In this document: positions 53,036 to 63,581 of the stretch, piece after piece
How positions within the stretch are numbered: the stretch's first letter is position 1
Layout: every line of letters starts with the position of its first letter
Assembly (NCBI GenBank): GCA_963729605.1
Contig: CAVSNY010000004.1
Location: forward strand, 64,001 to 128,000
Direction: 5' to 3'
DNA: 64,000 nucleotides
Origin: an uncultured Gammaproteobacteria bacterium
GTDB lineage: Bacteria; Pseudomonadota; Gammaproteobacteria; DRLM01
Made by a program: the position numbers and the translations under genes
Notes under the pieces: model-generated
The model's input: the letters and a program-made list of their open reading frames with translations, nothing else
What the model was told of the DNA's origin: nothing
Database searches by the model: none

Positions 53036-53212
53036 TTACCAGCCAAGGTGGACTCATTGTTGCGCGATCCCCTGCAACGCGAACGTCTGGCGCGGGCGGG
53101 GCGTACCTATATGGAGCACTGGTCGGTACGGGCCTGCGTCAGGCGGATAGTGGAGTTGTATCAGGCGGTGGTGCAGGGCGAGTTCGATAAGGTCACCGCC
53201 GCCGGCACTTAA
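53036..53212 (+). pseudogene. Orphan C-terminal fragment of a GT-B (GT4-like) glycosyltransferase
   Basis: AKVDSLLRDPLQRERLARAGRTYMEHWSVRACVRRIVELYQAVV resembles GT4 C-terminal helices. No upstream catalytic part is present. Confidence 0.5.
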
Positions 53213-53224
53213 ACAGCGGGCCGT

Positions 53225-55531
53225 TCAGCGGCCTTTGCGCTTTTTATCGCGATCTCCACCGGAGGTCTTGCGTGCCGCCGCGCTCGGCATGCGCGGCAGC
53301 CCGGTGTGCTGGGTCATGAATTTCCGGGTCGGGTCTTTTCCCGCCGCGCCGCGCGTCTGTTTCACCGCCGCGCCGGTGCCGGCCGGCTGCCAGCTCGGTA
53401 TCAGATGATGTTTGCCGTTGCCGATGAGGTCGGCGCGGCCCATGCGTTTCAGCGCCTCGCGCAGCAGTGGCCAGTTCTCGGCGTCGTGGTAACGCAGAAA
53501 GGCCTTGTGCAGGCGGCGCACCTTGAGTCCCTTGGGGATGTTCATCTCGTCGCTGGCGCGGGTGACCTTGCGCAGCGGATTCTTGCCCGAGTGGTACATC
53601 GCGGTGGCGGTGGCCATCGGCGAGGGCAGGAAGGTCTGCACCTGATCGGCGCGGAAGCCGTTGCGCTTCAGCCACAGCGCGAGGTTCAGCATGTCTTCAT
53701 CGGTCGTGCCCGGGTGGGCGGCGATGAAGTAGGGGATGAGATATTGTTCCTTGCCGGCCTCTTTCGAATATTTGTCGAACAGCTCCTTGAATTTGTCGTA
53801 GGCGCCCATGCCGGGTTTCATCATCTTCGACAGCGGGCCCTGCTCGGTGTGTTCGGGCGCGATCTTCAAATAGCCGCCGACGTGATGCTGCACCAGCTCT
53901 TTCACATATTCGGGCGAGCGGATCGCCAAGTCATAACGCAGCCCGGAGGCGACCAATATTTTCTTGATGCCGGGCAGGGCGCGGGCGCGCTGATAGAGCT
54001 TGATCAGCGGCGTGTGATCGGTGTTGAGATTGGAGCAGATGTCCGGATATACGCAGGACGGCAAGCGGCAGGCGGATTCGATTTCCGGACTCTTGCAGCG
54101 CAGGCGATACATATTGGCCGTGGGGCCGCCGACGTCGGAGATCACGCCGGTAAAGCCGGGCACGCCGTCGCGGATCGCTTCGATCTCGCGGATCACCGAG
54201 TCTTCCGAGCGGCTTTGGATGATGCGGCCCTCGTGTTCGGTGATCGAACAGAAGGTGCAGCCGCCGAAACAGCCGCGCATGATGTTCACCGAGAAACGGA
54301 TCATTTCATAGGCGGGGATGTTGGCGTCGCCGTAGCTCGGGTGCGGCCGCCGCGTGTAGGGCAGATCGAACACGCCGTCCATCTCCTTGGTGGTGAGCGG
54401 GATGGGCGGCGGATTGATCCACACCTCGCGCTCGCCGTGGCGCTGCACCAGCGCGCGGGCGTTGCCGGGATTGGTCTCGAGGTGCAGCACCCGCGAGGCG
54501 TGGGCATACAGTACCGGATCCTCCTTCACCGCCTCGAATGACGGCATGCGGATCACGCTGCGCTCGCGGTCGTGTTTGGGCAGGCGGCGGTGGAAGCGGA
54601 GGACTTTTATCTCGCCGTGCGAGTTCGATGGGCTGTTCGGCGGGGTGCGCGCGGCCTCGCCTGCGTCCGGCTTTCCCGCCAAAAGAGGAAGGGTTGGGGA
54701 CGCCTTGTCGCGTAGTGCCGCGGATTGCGTGCTGTCGCCGCCGTTTGTTTCGCAGGCCGCGGCGCTCGGCGCGCTCATCGCGTAGGGATCGACAGGTTGC
54801 TCGATGCGCCCCGGCGTGTCGATCTCGCTGGAATCGATTTCCACCCAGTCCTCGGGCAGACCGTCGCGCCGCACGTAGGCGGTGCCGCGGATGTCGGTAA
54901 TCTTCGCGATGGCTTCGCCCGCCGCGAGGCGGTGCGCGATCTCGACGATCTGCCGTTCGGCGTTGCCGTAGACCAGCAGGTCGGCCTTCGAATCCAGCAG
55001 CACCGAGCGGCGCACGGTGTCGGACCAGTAATCGTAATGGGCGATGCGGCGGAGACTCGCCTCGATGCCGCCGATGATGATCGGCACGTCTTTGTAGGCC
55101 TCGCGCGCGCGTTGTGCGTAGACCGTCACCGCGCGGTCCGGGCGTTTGCCCGCCGCGCCGTGCGGGGTGTAGGCGTCGTTCGAGCGGATTTTGCGGTCCG
55201 AGGTGTAGCGGTTGACCATGGAATCCATGTTGCCGGCGGTGACGCCGAAGAACAGGTTGGGCCGGCCGAGCTTCATGAAATCGGCCGCCGACGTCCAGTC
55301 CGGCTGGGCGAGCATGCCGACCCGGAAACCCTGCGCCTCCAGCATCCGTCCGATCACCGCCATGCCGAAGCTCGGGTGATCGACGTAGGCGTCGCCGCTG
55401 ACGATGATGATGTCGCAGCTGTCCCAGCCGAGCGCCTCCATCTCCTCCCGCGACATGGGCAGATACGGCGCGGTGCCGAAGCGCTGGGCCCAGTATTTAC
55501 GATAGGAGAAGAGGTTGGGAGCGCTGTGCAT
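53225..55531 (-). CDS. ygiQ: YgiQ/UPF0313 family radical SAM protein
   Basis: [32 protein letters not shown] (CxxxCxxC), GGPTANMY and FLRYHD motifs. Confidence 0.95.
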   Translation of the reverse strand: MHSAPNLFSYRKYWAQRFGTAPYLPMSREEMEALGWDSCDIIIVSGDAYVDHPSFGMAVIGRMLEAQGFRVGMLAQPDWTSAADFMKLGRPNLFFGVTAGNMDSMVNRYTSDRKIRSNDAYTPHGAAGKRPDRAVTVYAQRAREAYKDVPIIIGGIEASLRRIAHYDYWSDTVRRSVLLDSKADLLVYGNAERQIVEIAHRLAAGEAIAKITDIRGTAYVRRDGLPEDWVEIDSSEIDTPGRIEQPVDPYAMSAPSAAACETNGGDSTQSAALRDKASPTLPLLAGKPDAGEAARTPPNSPSNSHGEIKVLRFHRRLPKHDRERSVIRMPSFEAVKEDPVLYAHASRVLHLETNPGNARALVQRHGEREVWINPPPIPLTTKEMDGVFDLPYTRRPHPSYGDANIPAYEMIRFSVNIMRGCFGGCTFCSITEHEGRIIQSRSEDSVIREIEAIRDGVPGFTGVISDVGGPTANMYRLRCKSPEIESACRLPSCVYPDICSNLNTDHTPLIKLYQRARALPGIKKILVASGLRYDLAIRSPEYVKELVQHHVGGYLKIAPEHTEQGPLSKMMKPGMGAYDKFKELFDKYSKEAGKEQYLIPYFIAAHPGTTDEDMLNLALWLKRNGFRADQVQTFLPSPMATATAMYHSGKNPLRKVTRASDEMNIPKGLKVRRLHKAFLRYHDAENWPLLREALKRMGRADLIGNGKHHLIPSWQPAGTGAAVKQTRGAAGKDPTRKFMTQHTGLPRMPSAAARKTSGGDRDKKRKGR

Positions 55532-55712
55532 AATGCGATCGTGACGGCTGGAGTGATGGCTGCGCGAGATAGGGTCGTAGGCCGTATCTGTCGGGCCGCG
55601 ATTATAACACCATTCCATGCTCGGGTATTCAGCACCCGCCGAGGGAGCCGCCGTGGGGATTCGTTCAGCGGCCGCCTGCGATCATGAGTCGGGTGTGCGG
55701 AGGCCGCCGGCC

Positions 55713-55740
55713 AAAAAAGAAAGGGGCTTGCGCCCCTTTC
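55713..55740 (-). terminator. Rho-independent terminator of the 55768..56721 gene
   Basis: Minus strand GAAAGGGGC-GCAA-GCCCCTTTC followed by TTTTTT. Confidence 0.8.
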
Positions 55741-55767
55741 CGGTTGATAACGAGTTGTCTCGTTGGT

Positions 55768-56721
55768 TTATAGCGACGGCGCCGGACCGAATTCGGCCGC
55801 TTCCGCGCCTTCGAGCCAGTCTTGAAAGCCGCCGAGCGTGCCGCCGGTATCGGGCACGGGGAGACCGGAAACCAGTTGGCTGGCGGAGCCGTTAACTTGC
55901 AGCATCGAGAACGTGGCGCTGCCATCGTTGATACCGGGGGTGGCGACATTCTGGCCGATCCAGAACACATTCACCGAGCCGCCGGGACTCCAGCTTACCG
56001 GATTGCCGATGTCGAAAGGATCGTCGATGTTGGTGGGATCATCCGTGGTGCTACCCCAGATGCCAGTGCCGGTGAGCAGATTGCCGGAATGACCGCGGAA
56101 CAGAAATACCTGCCGCTCGGTGTCGCTGCCGGCCGTCAGGGTGACGTCTTGACCGATCACGATGCGGCGGCCAAGTTGCTCGCCGGTGACCGGGTCGTTG
56201 TTGCCTTGGAAATTAAAGGTGGTTTCGAAGGCCCCATTGGGATTGCCGGCGGTGTCGGTGGTAATGATGCTGGAACTGATCACGACATTGGCATCGCCGG
56301 GGCCCTGGGCCCAGCCGGTGCGCACCTCGGCGTCGGAAGTGAACACCGTGCCGCTGTTGGCCGCATTGTCGGAGATGTGTTGTTTCCCCATGAAACCCGG
56401 TTCAGAGGTATTGTTGGAAGATTGGCTGAAATTCATCCGCACGAAGTTTTCATCGTAGAAGGCCAGGCCGGCCTTGGGGCCGTTGGCATCCACGTCGGTC
56501 ACCACGCTCTTGATGTAAATCTGGCCATCGGTGCCGGTGATTTGCGCCTGGGTAAAGCCATCGCTGTCCACCAGGATTTGGCAGCTCACGGCATTGGTGA
56601 TGTTCGTGCAGGGATCGATCGCGCCGTTGCTGACCGACCATTCGTCGAATTGCGGTTGCGCCACGGCCAGACTCGGCAGCAACGGCGCGCCCATCAATAG
56701 AAATAGTTTGATTTTCCCCAT
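55768..56721 (-). CDS. Secreted beta-rich hypothetical protein (CX8C / GxDGQxY family, copy B)
   Basis: TAAGGAG RBS; signal peptide MGKIKLFLLMGAPLLPSLAVA|Q; acidic and G/T/S/N-rich; has its own terminator. Confidence 0.85.
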   Translation of the reverse strand: MGKIKLFLLMGAPLLPSLAVAQPQFDEWSVSNGAIDPCTNITNAVSCQILVDSDGFTQAQITGTDGQIYIKSVVTDVDANGPKAGLAFYDENFVRMNFSQSSNNTSEPGFMGKQHISDNAANSGTVFTSDAEVRTGWAQGPGDANVVISSSIITTDTAGNPNGAFETTFNFQGNNDPVTGEQLGRRIVIGQDVTLTAGSDTERQVFLFRGHSGNLLTGTGIWGSTTDDPTNIDDPFDIGNPVSWSPGGSVNVFWIGQNVATPGINDGSATFSMLQVNGSASQLVSGLPVPDTGGTLGGFQDWLEGAEAAEFGPAPSL

Positions 56722-57106
56722 AGTGCTGACTCCTTAATTCTTTGTTTCTTTGTCGCTCTTGACGATAAATGGCATCTGTCTCGGGCGTTTTCCGCGCAAA
56801 CCGAATCATCTATTTCAGACGTATTTCAGCCACCCGACGCGGAAGATTTTCCCTGGGCGTAAGGAGACCGCAAAGTGACCATGAAGTCAAGCGCATTCAT
56901 GCCCGCCAAGCGCCGCGCCGCGTGGCTTGACAAGCGCCGCGGCGGCTGGGCACCATGCCGCCTCTCCGCGCAGCGGAACCGCTGGACGATGCCGTGCGGC
57001 GCTTGACAAAAATATGAATGGTATCTCTTCATGACGGGCCGCCCGGGATCGCGTGAATAGGCGCCGCTCCGGTGCGCTGGTACTGCTTAAACCGTGATGA
57101 AGTTTA

Positions 57107-58006
57107 ATGAATTATTTTCAGCGGATCTCGACGGCGGTAATTTGTGGCGCGGGATGCTTCATCCAGGCCGCCCACGCGGAACAGACCGCGCCCGCGCGTT
57201 GGCGGGTCTCCCCTCTGCTGGGCGTCCATGCCCCCGCATTGAACTTGCTCAATAGCGGGGTGATGCGGGCTCCCATTGGCGGCACGGCGGATTTCATCGG
57301 ATCTACCGGCGCCAATGAGACCACCGAGTTCCGTTTTAACAATACCTTGCCGGCGATCGACGGCGGAGGTTACGCCGGTATCGAATTCGAATGGAAAATG
57401 GACGATTATCTTTCCTGGCTAGTGGGGTTCGGCACCTGGGAAGGCTCATCCTTCGGTACCCAGGGCGGTCTGATGCCCTTCCAGCGCCAACTCACCCAGG
57501 TGCTGGAGAACCGTTCCGTCCGGGTTTCCTATAACGAGCTGCGGTTTGGCGTCAAATATATTTTGGCCGATAAACCGCGCCGTTATCGTTTCTATTCATT
57601 GCTCTCCTTGAATAATATATTCGATATGGATTACCGCGAGGACCATGTATTGCGTTTCATCACCGGACCGGCGGAAGGTTTCAGCCGTACGGTGATCGTG
57701 CAGGCGGCGTCCACCGGGGTAGTGGCGTTGCAGGCGGGGCTGGGGCTGGACTTTCCTATCGGCGAGCGTTTTTCGCTGGGTGTGGAGGGCAGCTATCTGC
57801 TGGGTGCCCGGCCCTTTTATTTTAAAAACCCTGAAATCACCACCGATTTACGGGACAATGACGGGGTGATTTCCATGCGTTTGCCGGTTGCGCCCGATGC
57901 GCAGCGCCGTTTGCGTTATCTCGCCGCCGATGGTTCCGCTTATCACGACATGCCTTTGGAATGGGACGGCTGGAAGCTGTTGCTGCGCGCCAGTATGTAT
58001 TATTGA
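57107..58006 (+). CDS. Putative small outer-membrane beta-barrel protein
   Basis: Signal peptide ...AAHA|EQ; amphipathic strands (GGYAGIEFEWK, LRFGVKYIL, LQAGLGLDFP, FSLGVEGSYL); aromatic C-terminus LLRASMYY. Confidence 0.75.
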   Translation: MNYFQRISTAVICGAGCFIQAAHAEQTAPARWRVSPLLGVHAPALNLLNSGVMRAPIGGTADFIGSTGANETTEFRFNNTLPAIDGGGYAGIEFEWKMDDYLSWLVGFGTWEGSSFGTQGGLMPFQRQLTQVLENRSVRVSYNELRFGVKYILADKPRRYRFYSLLSLNNIFDMDYREDHVLRFITGPAEGFSRTVIVQAASTGVVALQAGLGLDFPIGERFSLGVEGSYLLGARPFYFKNPEITTDLRDNDGVISMRLPVAPDAQRRLRYLAADGSAYHDMPLEWDGWKLLLRASMYY

Positions 58007-58147
58007 GCGGGCGATTCGCGGTGAAGCGACGGCCGCGATTAAAAGATTAAGATTGGCATGGCCCGCCGCGTCAGCGATTTTCCCGGCCGGCAAGAGGCCA
58101 TGAAAATCTTGCCGTGGAGAAAAGCGCGCATGCGCGCCTGGTCGGGT

Positions 58148-58303
58148 TAAAGGGCCTCTGATTTATTCAGAGGCTCCCGCGGCACAGGGATGCGCCGTCC
58201 TGTTCAATGGCGGTTGGCCGTTGAACATGAAGGAAAGCGAAATCACCTTTTTCGCTTTCCATGCGCTGAGCATTCCAGGATGGAATTATTCAGAGCTTCC
58301 TTA
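58148..58303. mobile_element. MITE-like non-autonomous element
   Basis: Imperfect terminal inverted repeats TAAAGGGCCTCTGATTTATTC / GAATTATTCAGAGCTTCCTTA (15/21). Internal hairpins GTTCAATGGC..GCCGTTGAAC and GAAAGCGAAA..TTTCGCTTTC. Confidence 0.55.
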
Positions 58304-58350
58304 TAATAAAGATCGGCCACTGTAAGCAGCTTGTTGATGTATCACGACAC

Positions 58351-60942
58351 ATGATGGTCCTCTACCGTCGTAGTTCGACTGGCGGCACACGCCGGTCTTG
58401 CCGCGCCGTTTGGCTGCGCGGCGTCGTGATATGGGCGCTGATATCGGCCGGCGTCTGCGCCGCCGCGCCGGCCTGGGCCGCCGGGACGGCCGCCTTCCTG
58501 GAATTGGAGAATCGCGAGCTGAGTATCGGCGAGTTGTTGCAGCGCGGCCGCGCCGCGTCGGCGGCGGACGAACTCGCCCGGGCGGGCGCCTATTTCGAGG
58601 CGGTGTTGGCGCGGGACCCGGCCAATGCCGAGGCGTATTTCCGGCTGGGCATCGTGCAAGTGCGCGTCGGCCGTTATGAAGAGGGCGTGCGTCATATCGA
58701 ACGCAGCGTGAGCCTGGCGCCCGATAATATGAGCGTGCGTTTTTCACTGGCGGCCTTATATGAAAAAGGCGGTGAGACGGACAAGGCCGAGCAGATCTTT
58801 CAAACCATCGTGCAATCGGGATCGGATGAAGATCGCCGTAAGGCACAAGAGGCGCTCGCCCGTTTGCAGGCCGCCGCCGCGGCGCGCGCCGCGGCCGTCA
58901 CTGAAACGCGCGATGAACAATTAGAGCAAGAAGTACAAACCTCGGCCCGCCGTTTGCGCGAGGCCGCCGACTCGGCCGCGAAACAGGCGCTGATTCAAGC
59001 GGCCTTGCTGCGGGCGACCCAGTTGCAGCAACAGTCACGGTTCCGTTATGCCGCCGAATTGTTGGAGGCCGTGTTGACGGAGGCGCCCGAGCACGTGGCG
59101 GCCTTGACCAATCTCGGTATTCTTTATGATCTGATGGGTCAGCGCGACAAGGGCGAGCAATTCTTGCGGCGGGCGGCGGATATCTCGCCGGACAATGCGC
59201 TGATTCTCGCCAATCTCGGCAAGCTCTATCTGGACGGCGGTAAGCTGGTGCTGGCGCGCCGGACCTTGGAAGCCGTGGTGAAGCTCGATCAGGAACCGGC
59301 CGCCACCCGGCAGGCGCGCCAGATGCTGGCGGGCCTGTACATCAGCGAGGGCAACAAATCGCTGAAGCTCGGCAAGATCGGCGACGCGGTGAATTCCTAT
59401 CGGGCCGTCTTGACCCACGACCCGGACAACGTGGAGATTTTATACAACCTCGGTTTGGTCGAGCGGCGGCGCGGACAGCGGGACGCGGCGCTGGCCTATT
59501 TCGAACAAGCCCGCCGGGCCGCGCCCGAGGATTACCGCGTTCACTACCAACTGGCCTTGTTGTATGAAGACCTCGATCGTTTCGAAGACGCGGCCGGCGC
59601 CTATAATAAAACTCTGGCTACGCTCAAGGCCGATTCGGAGATCACGCCGCGGGGGCTGGAATTGAAGCTGTCCATGCTCACCGCGCGGCGCACCTTTGAG
59701 CAGGGCGATCTGAAAACCGCCGAGCAATTGCTGAAGAACCTCATCGACCGTTACGCCGACAACGATCTCGCCTATTTTTATCTCGCCTTGATCTACGAGC
59801 GCACCGGCCGTCTCGATGAGGCGGTATCCGCCTATGAAAAAGTCATCGCCCTCACGCCCGGCCATATGGGCGCCCGGCTCAATCTGGGCCGGCTCTACGA
59901 ACAAACCTGGTCCGAGGAGGAGGCGCTCGCCCAATACAACATCGTCACCCGTTCACGTTTGAGCAGCGGCGTGGTGCAGGAGGCGGAACGGCGCACCATG
60001 TCGGTGGCCAAGATCCTCCACGGTTGGAGTTACACCCTCAGCCAGGCCCTGACCTTCGACGACAACGTGAATTTCAGCGCGGAGTCGCCGGCCCACGATT
60101 ATCGCTCGGATTTCGCGCTGGGACTGACTTATCAATACAAATTCCGCCCCGATCTGCGGTTGCGCACCAACTTCGGCTCGCAATACTCCGCGTACGTCAT
60201 CGGCGGTTATGACCTGTTCAATCTGGCGATCAGTCCGGCGCTGACCTTCGGCACCGGCAATCGCGGCGTGGAGGCGGGTTACAGTTACAATTCTCTCACC
60301 ACGTTTCTCGACGACAGCGACATCAGTTCCGGCAACAGCCTTTACCTGGAGGCGCGCGCGCCGTTGAACGCGCCGGGCTTCGTCAGCGCACGGGATTCGC
60401 GCGCGCCGTTCAAACAAACCTGGATGCTGCGCGGGCGTTTGAATACCCGATGGTATGAATCTGCCGCCAATCCATTTTTGAATTCGACGAATTACGGCGC
60501 GCAGTTGTTTCTCAACGTCAAACCCTCGCGCTCCAACGCATTGACGCTGGGGTACGGCTACGCCGTCAATGAGAATGAAAAAACCGCGGGCAGTGATTAT
60601 GCTTATAGCAGTCACAGCCTGAACGCGGGTTGGGAGCAAAACATCGTCGGCCGTTTATCGGGGAGCCTTCGTTACACTGTCACGTTGTTCAATTACACCC
60701 ATCCCGATTCGATTTCGCGCCGTGGAGAACATCGCCGCAATCTGCTCAACTCCGGATCCTTGGCCCTCAATTACGCCTACCAACGCAATGTGCGTTTCTT
60801 CGCGGGATTTTCCGTCGCTTATAACCAATCCAATCTGCCGGTGGGAAGAGTGCTGCGGGGACTGGACGTGCTGGAGCAGAGCAGTTCCTTGGGTGACTAT
60901 ATCAACCGTTCGCTGAACGCGGGGGTGGTTTTGAGTTTTTAG
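58351..60942 (+). CDS. TPR-repeat protein with C-terminal outer-membrane beta-barrel (Slam/DUF560-like architecture)
   Basis: Signal peptide ...APAWA|A; many TPRs (DPANAEAYFRLG, DPDNVEILYNLG, AYFYLALIYE, ARLNLGRLY). The barrel starts WSYTLSQALTFDDNVN and the protein ends NAGVVLSF. Confidence 0.85.
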   Translation: MMVLYRRSSTGGTRRSCRAVWLRGVVIWALISAGVCAAAPAWAAGTAAFLELENRELSIGELLQRGRAASAADELARAGAYFEAVLARDPANAEAYFRLGIVQVRVGRYEEGVRHIERSVSLAPDNMSVRFSLAALYEKGGETDKAEQIFQTIVQSGSDEDRRKAQEALARLQAAAAARAAAVTETRDEQLEQEVQTSARRLREAADSAAKQALIQAALLRATQLQQQSRFRYAAELLEAVLTEAPEHVAALTNLGILYDLMGQRDKGEQFLRRAADISPDNALILANLGKLYLDGGKLVLARRTLEAVVKLDQEPAATRQARQMLAGLYISEGNKSLKLGKIGDAVNSYRAVLTHDPDNVEILYNLGLVERRRGQRDAALAYFEQARRAAPEDYRVHYQLALLYEDLDRFEDAAGAYNKTLATLKADSEITPRGLELKLSMLTARRTFEQGDLKTAEQLLKNLIDRYADNDLAYFYLALIYERTGRLDEAVSAYEKVIALTPGHMGARLNLGRLYEQTWSEEEALAQYNIVTRSRLSSGVVQEAERRTMSVAKILHGWSYTLSQALTFDDNVNFSAESPAHDYRSDFALGLTYQYKFRPDLRLRTNFGSQYSAYVIGGYDLFNLAISPALTFGTGNRGVEAGYSYNSLTTFLDDSDISSGNSLYLEARAPLNAPGFVSARDSRAPFKQTWMLRGRLNTRWYESAANPFLNSTNYGAQLFLNVKPSRSNALTLGYGYAVNENEKTAGSDYAYSSHSLNAGWEQNIVGRLSGSLRYTVTLFNYTHPDSISRRGEHRRNLLNSGSLALNYAYQRNVRFFAGFSVAYNQSNLPVGRVLRGLDVLEQSSSLGDYINRSLNAGVVLSF

Positions 60943-61096
60943 AAACTATCGCAGATCGACCGTGAAAATATTCGGGGGATGCGATCGCGGCAAGCCGGCG
61001 TCGCGACATGGACCGGTCAGGCTAATTTCAGTAAAGTGGGCTGCGCCCGCATGCGGCGGGTGAGCGGCGGTATGAGTACGGTTCGGGAGAGCGAGA

Positions 61097-63445
61097 GTGG
61101 GAATGGTTGAGGACGTGCGGCGTTGGTGGGCCGGGGTCGGGAGGCTCGCGGTCCTCATCGGTCTGCTGGCGGCATGTGGGTGGAACACTGCGCGCGCCGC
61201 GGAGCAAACGGACGCCGTGCCTTTGCAGCAGGCGATCGCCGCCTTGGAGCGTATCGAACAAGGTTTGGCCGCGGGTATCTCCGCCGAACAGACCTTGCAT
61301 GCCTGGGCCAAACAGCTGTTGATGACCAAGGCGACCGGGTTGCAGTGCGTCGCGCAAACCGGGCGTGCCTTGGCGGAGGCGGAACAAGAGTTGGCGAGTC
61401 TCGGTGCGCCGGTGGCGGCCGAAGGCGGCGAGTTGGCGCGTAAACGCCAGGACTTGGAACGGGAGAAACTCGATCTGGAGCAGCGGCTCGCGCAGTGCCG
61501 CTTAATCGTGTTGCGCAGCGACGACGGCCAGCAATCGCTGGCTACCCGCCAGCGCGTCCTCTTCACTGAACGCTTGTTGCTGCGCGGGCCGGATTTCGGC
61601 GCGGTGATCGACGACAATTTGCGCCAGCCCGTGGAGTGGAGCAACGCGTCTTTACTCGCGCGCACGGGCGTGGAGTCGATTTCCGCCTGGGCCTGGGGCG
61701 GATTGCTGGTCTTGGTTTTGGCGGCCGGCCGTTTAGGCCTGGGATTGCGCGGCGGCTTGCGGCGCTGGGCGTCGGCGCGCGGCTGGGACCACGACTTCAA
61801 CGCCCGTTTCAATCATGCCCTGGTGCTCACCGCCGGGCATTTCGCCCCGCGTTTATTGCTCAGCGCCGCGGCGGCGGGATTTTTTTATAGTCAATTGGGG
61901 TCGCTGCGGCCGGTGCCGTTGCTGGCGGTGATCGCTTACGGATTGCCGCTCTATTTCGCGGCGTGGGCGCTGGTGCGTTTGCTGTTCTCGCCGCCGCGGC
62001 CGGCGGTCTTGGTGTTGAACATGCCGGAAGACGTGGCCCATGCCCTCGCGCGGCGCTTGAACGTTTTATTCTGGCTGGTGTTCGCCGGCTATTTGTTGTT
62101 CTCCAGCGTGCTCGGCCCCCGTTTGCCGGAGTCCGCTTTATTGTTGGCGCGCGGCGTATTCGCCTCCTTGGTGGTGCTCAATCTAATTTGGGCCTTGTGG
62201 CTGATCGGCCGTATTCCGGCCTTTGCCCACACCTTGTGGGTGCGCGCGGTGCTGTGGGTGGCGCTGGTCGCCGGATTGGCGGCGGAGCTGGCCGGTTATC
62301 GCGAGTTATCCGTCATGATTTGGCGGATCGTCATTGGTACGGCGGCGGCGTTCGGCCTGTTCTCTCTGTTGAAACGGGTGTTCCGCGAGTTGTTCAATGC
62401 CGTCGATGCCGGTCGCGGCGCCTGGCAGCAAGCACTGCGCAGATTTTTCGCTATCGAGCCGGGCAAAAAAGTGCCGGGTTTGATCTGGCTGCGCATGACG
62501 GTGGGCCTGGTTTTGTGGTTTTTATTCGGTGTCGCCGTGTTATGGGTGTGGGGCTTGCAGGGTACGCTCGGTCTGCAACTCTACGAATATCTGGTGCAAG
62601 GTTTCAAGGTCGGCTCGCTCACCGTGGTCCCGGCGCGGGTAGCCGTGGCCTTGGCGGTGTTCGTTCTGCTGTTCGCCGTCAGCGGCTGGCTGCGGGCGCG
62701 GGCCGAAAAATACTGGTTGGTCGACGCGCCGGTGGATCGCGGCGCGCGCGAGGCCCTGGTCTCCATCACCGGTTACGTCGGTGTCGCCGTCGCCATCCTG
62801 GTGGCGCTCGGGGTCGCCGGCGTGGAGTTCAGCAATCTCGCCATCATCGCCGGCGCGCTGTCGGTGGGCATCGGTTTCGGTCTGCAAAACATCGTCAGCA
62901 ATTTCGTGTCGGGCTTGATCCTGCTGTTTGAACGGCCGATCAAGAGCGGCGACTGGATCGTGGTGGGCGGCACCGAGGGCTACGTGCGGCGCATCCGCAT
63001 GCGCTCCACCCAGATCCAGACCTTCGACAACGCCGACGTGATCGTGCCCAATTCCGAATTGATCACCGGCCAGGTCACCAACTGGATGTTGCAGGATACC
63101 GGCGGCCGGATCCGGGTGCCGATCGGCGTGGCCTACGGCAGCGACACCGCGCTGGTCAAGGAAACCCTGCTCGACATCGCGCGCCGGCACCCGCGGGTGA
63201 TCAACGATGAAGCGGGCCGCGAACCCAAGGTGCTGTTCCTGGCCTTCGCCGACAACGCGCTGCAATTCGAGCTGCGCTGTTATATCCGGCATATCAATCA
63301 GAGCGCGGATGTGAGAAGCGAAATCAATTTCGCCATCGAAGCCGCTTTCCGCGGCCAGGGCATCGAAATTCCCTTTCCGCAGCGCGAGGTGCACATCAAG
63401 AATTGGCCGTCGGACGGCCCGTCGCGGCGCGGGGACGAGGCGTGA
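61097..63445 (+). CDS. MscS-family mechanosensitive channel with periplasmic coiled coil and extra TM helices
   Basis: GALSVGIGFGLQNIVSNFVSGLILLFERPIKSGDWI, IVPNSELI, GVAYGSD and IEIPFPQREVH motifs. Confidence 0.93.
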   Translation: MGMVEDVRRWWAGVGRLAVLIGLLAACGWNTARAAEQTDAVPLQQAIAALERIEQGLAAGISAEQTLHAWAKQLLMTKATGLQCVAQTGRALAEAEQELASLGAPVAAEGGELARKRQDLEREKLDLEQRLAQCRLIVLRSDDGQQSLATRQRVLFTERLLLRGPDFGAVIDDNLRQPVEWSNASLLARTGVESISAWAWGGLLVLVLAAGRLGLGLRGGLRRWASARGWDHDFNARFNHALVLTAGHFAPRLLLSAAAAGFFYSQLGSLRPVPLLAVIAYGLPLYFAAWALVRLLFSPPRPAVLVLNMPEDVAHALARRLNVLFWLVFAGYLLFSSVLGPRLPESALLLARGVFASLVVLNLIWALWLIGRIPAFAHTLWVRAVLWVALVAGLAAELAGYRELSVMIWRIVIGTAAAFGLFSLLKRVFRELFNAVDAGRGAWQQALRRFFAIEPGKKVPGLIWLRMTVGLVLWFLFGVAVLWVWGLQGTLGLQLYEYLVQGFKVGSLTVVPARVAVALAVFVLLFAVSGWLRARAEKYWLVDAPVDRGAREALVSITGYVGVAVAILVALGVAGVEFSNLAIIAGALSVGIGFGLQNIVSNFVSGLILLFERPIKSGDWIVVGGTEGYVRRIRMRSTQIQTFDNADVIVPNSELITGQVTNWMLQDTGGRIRVPIGVAYGSDTALVKETLLDIARRHPRVINDEAGREPKVLFLAFADNALQFELRCYIRHINQSADVRSEINFAIEAAFRGQGIEIPFPQREVHIKNWPSDGPSRRGDEA

Positions 63446-63581
63446 ACGGGCGCCCGGCGCAGGAGACTAACACGACGCCTTCTTCCCGCGAGACCGGGCG
63501 GCACCGTCGCCGGTAAAATCACCGGCGCGTTTCGGCTTGATACCGAATTTTTTGTAGTGATGCCGTGCGAGCAAGGACGGG

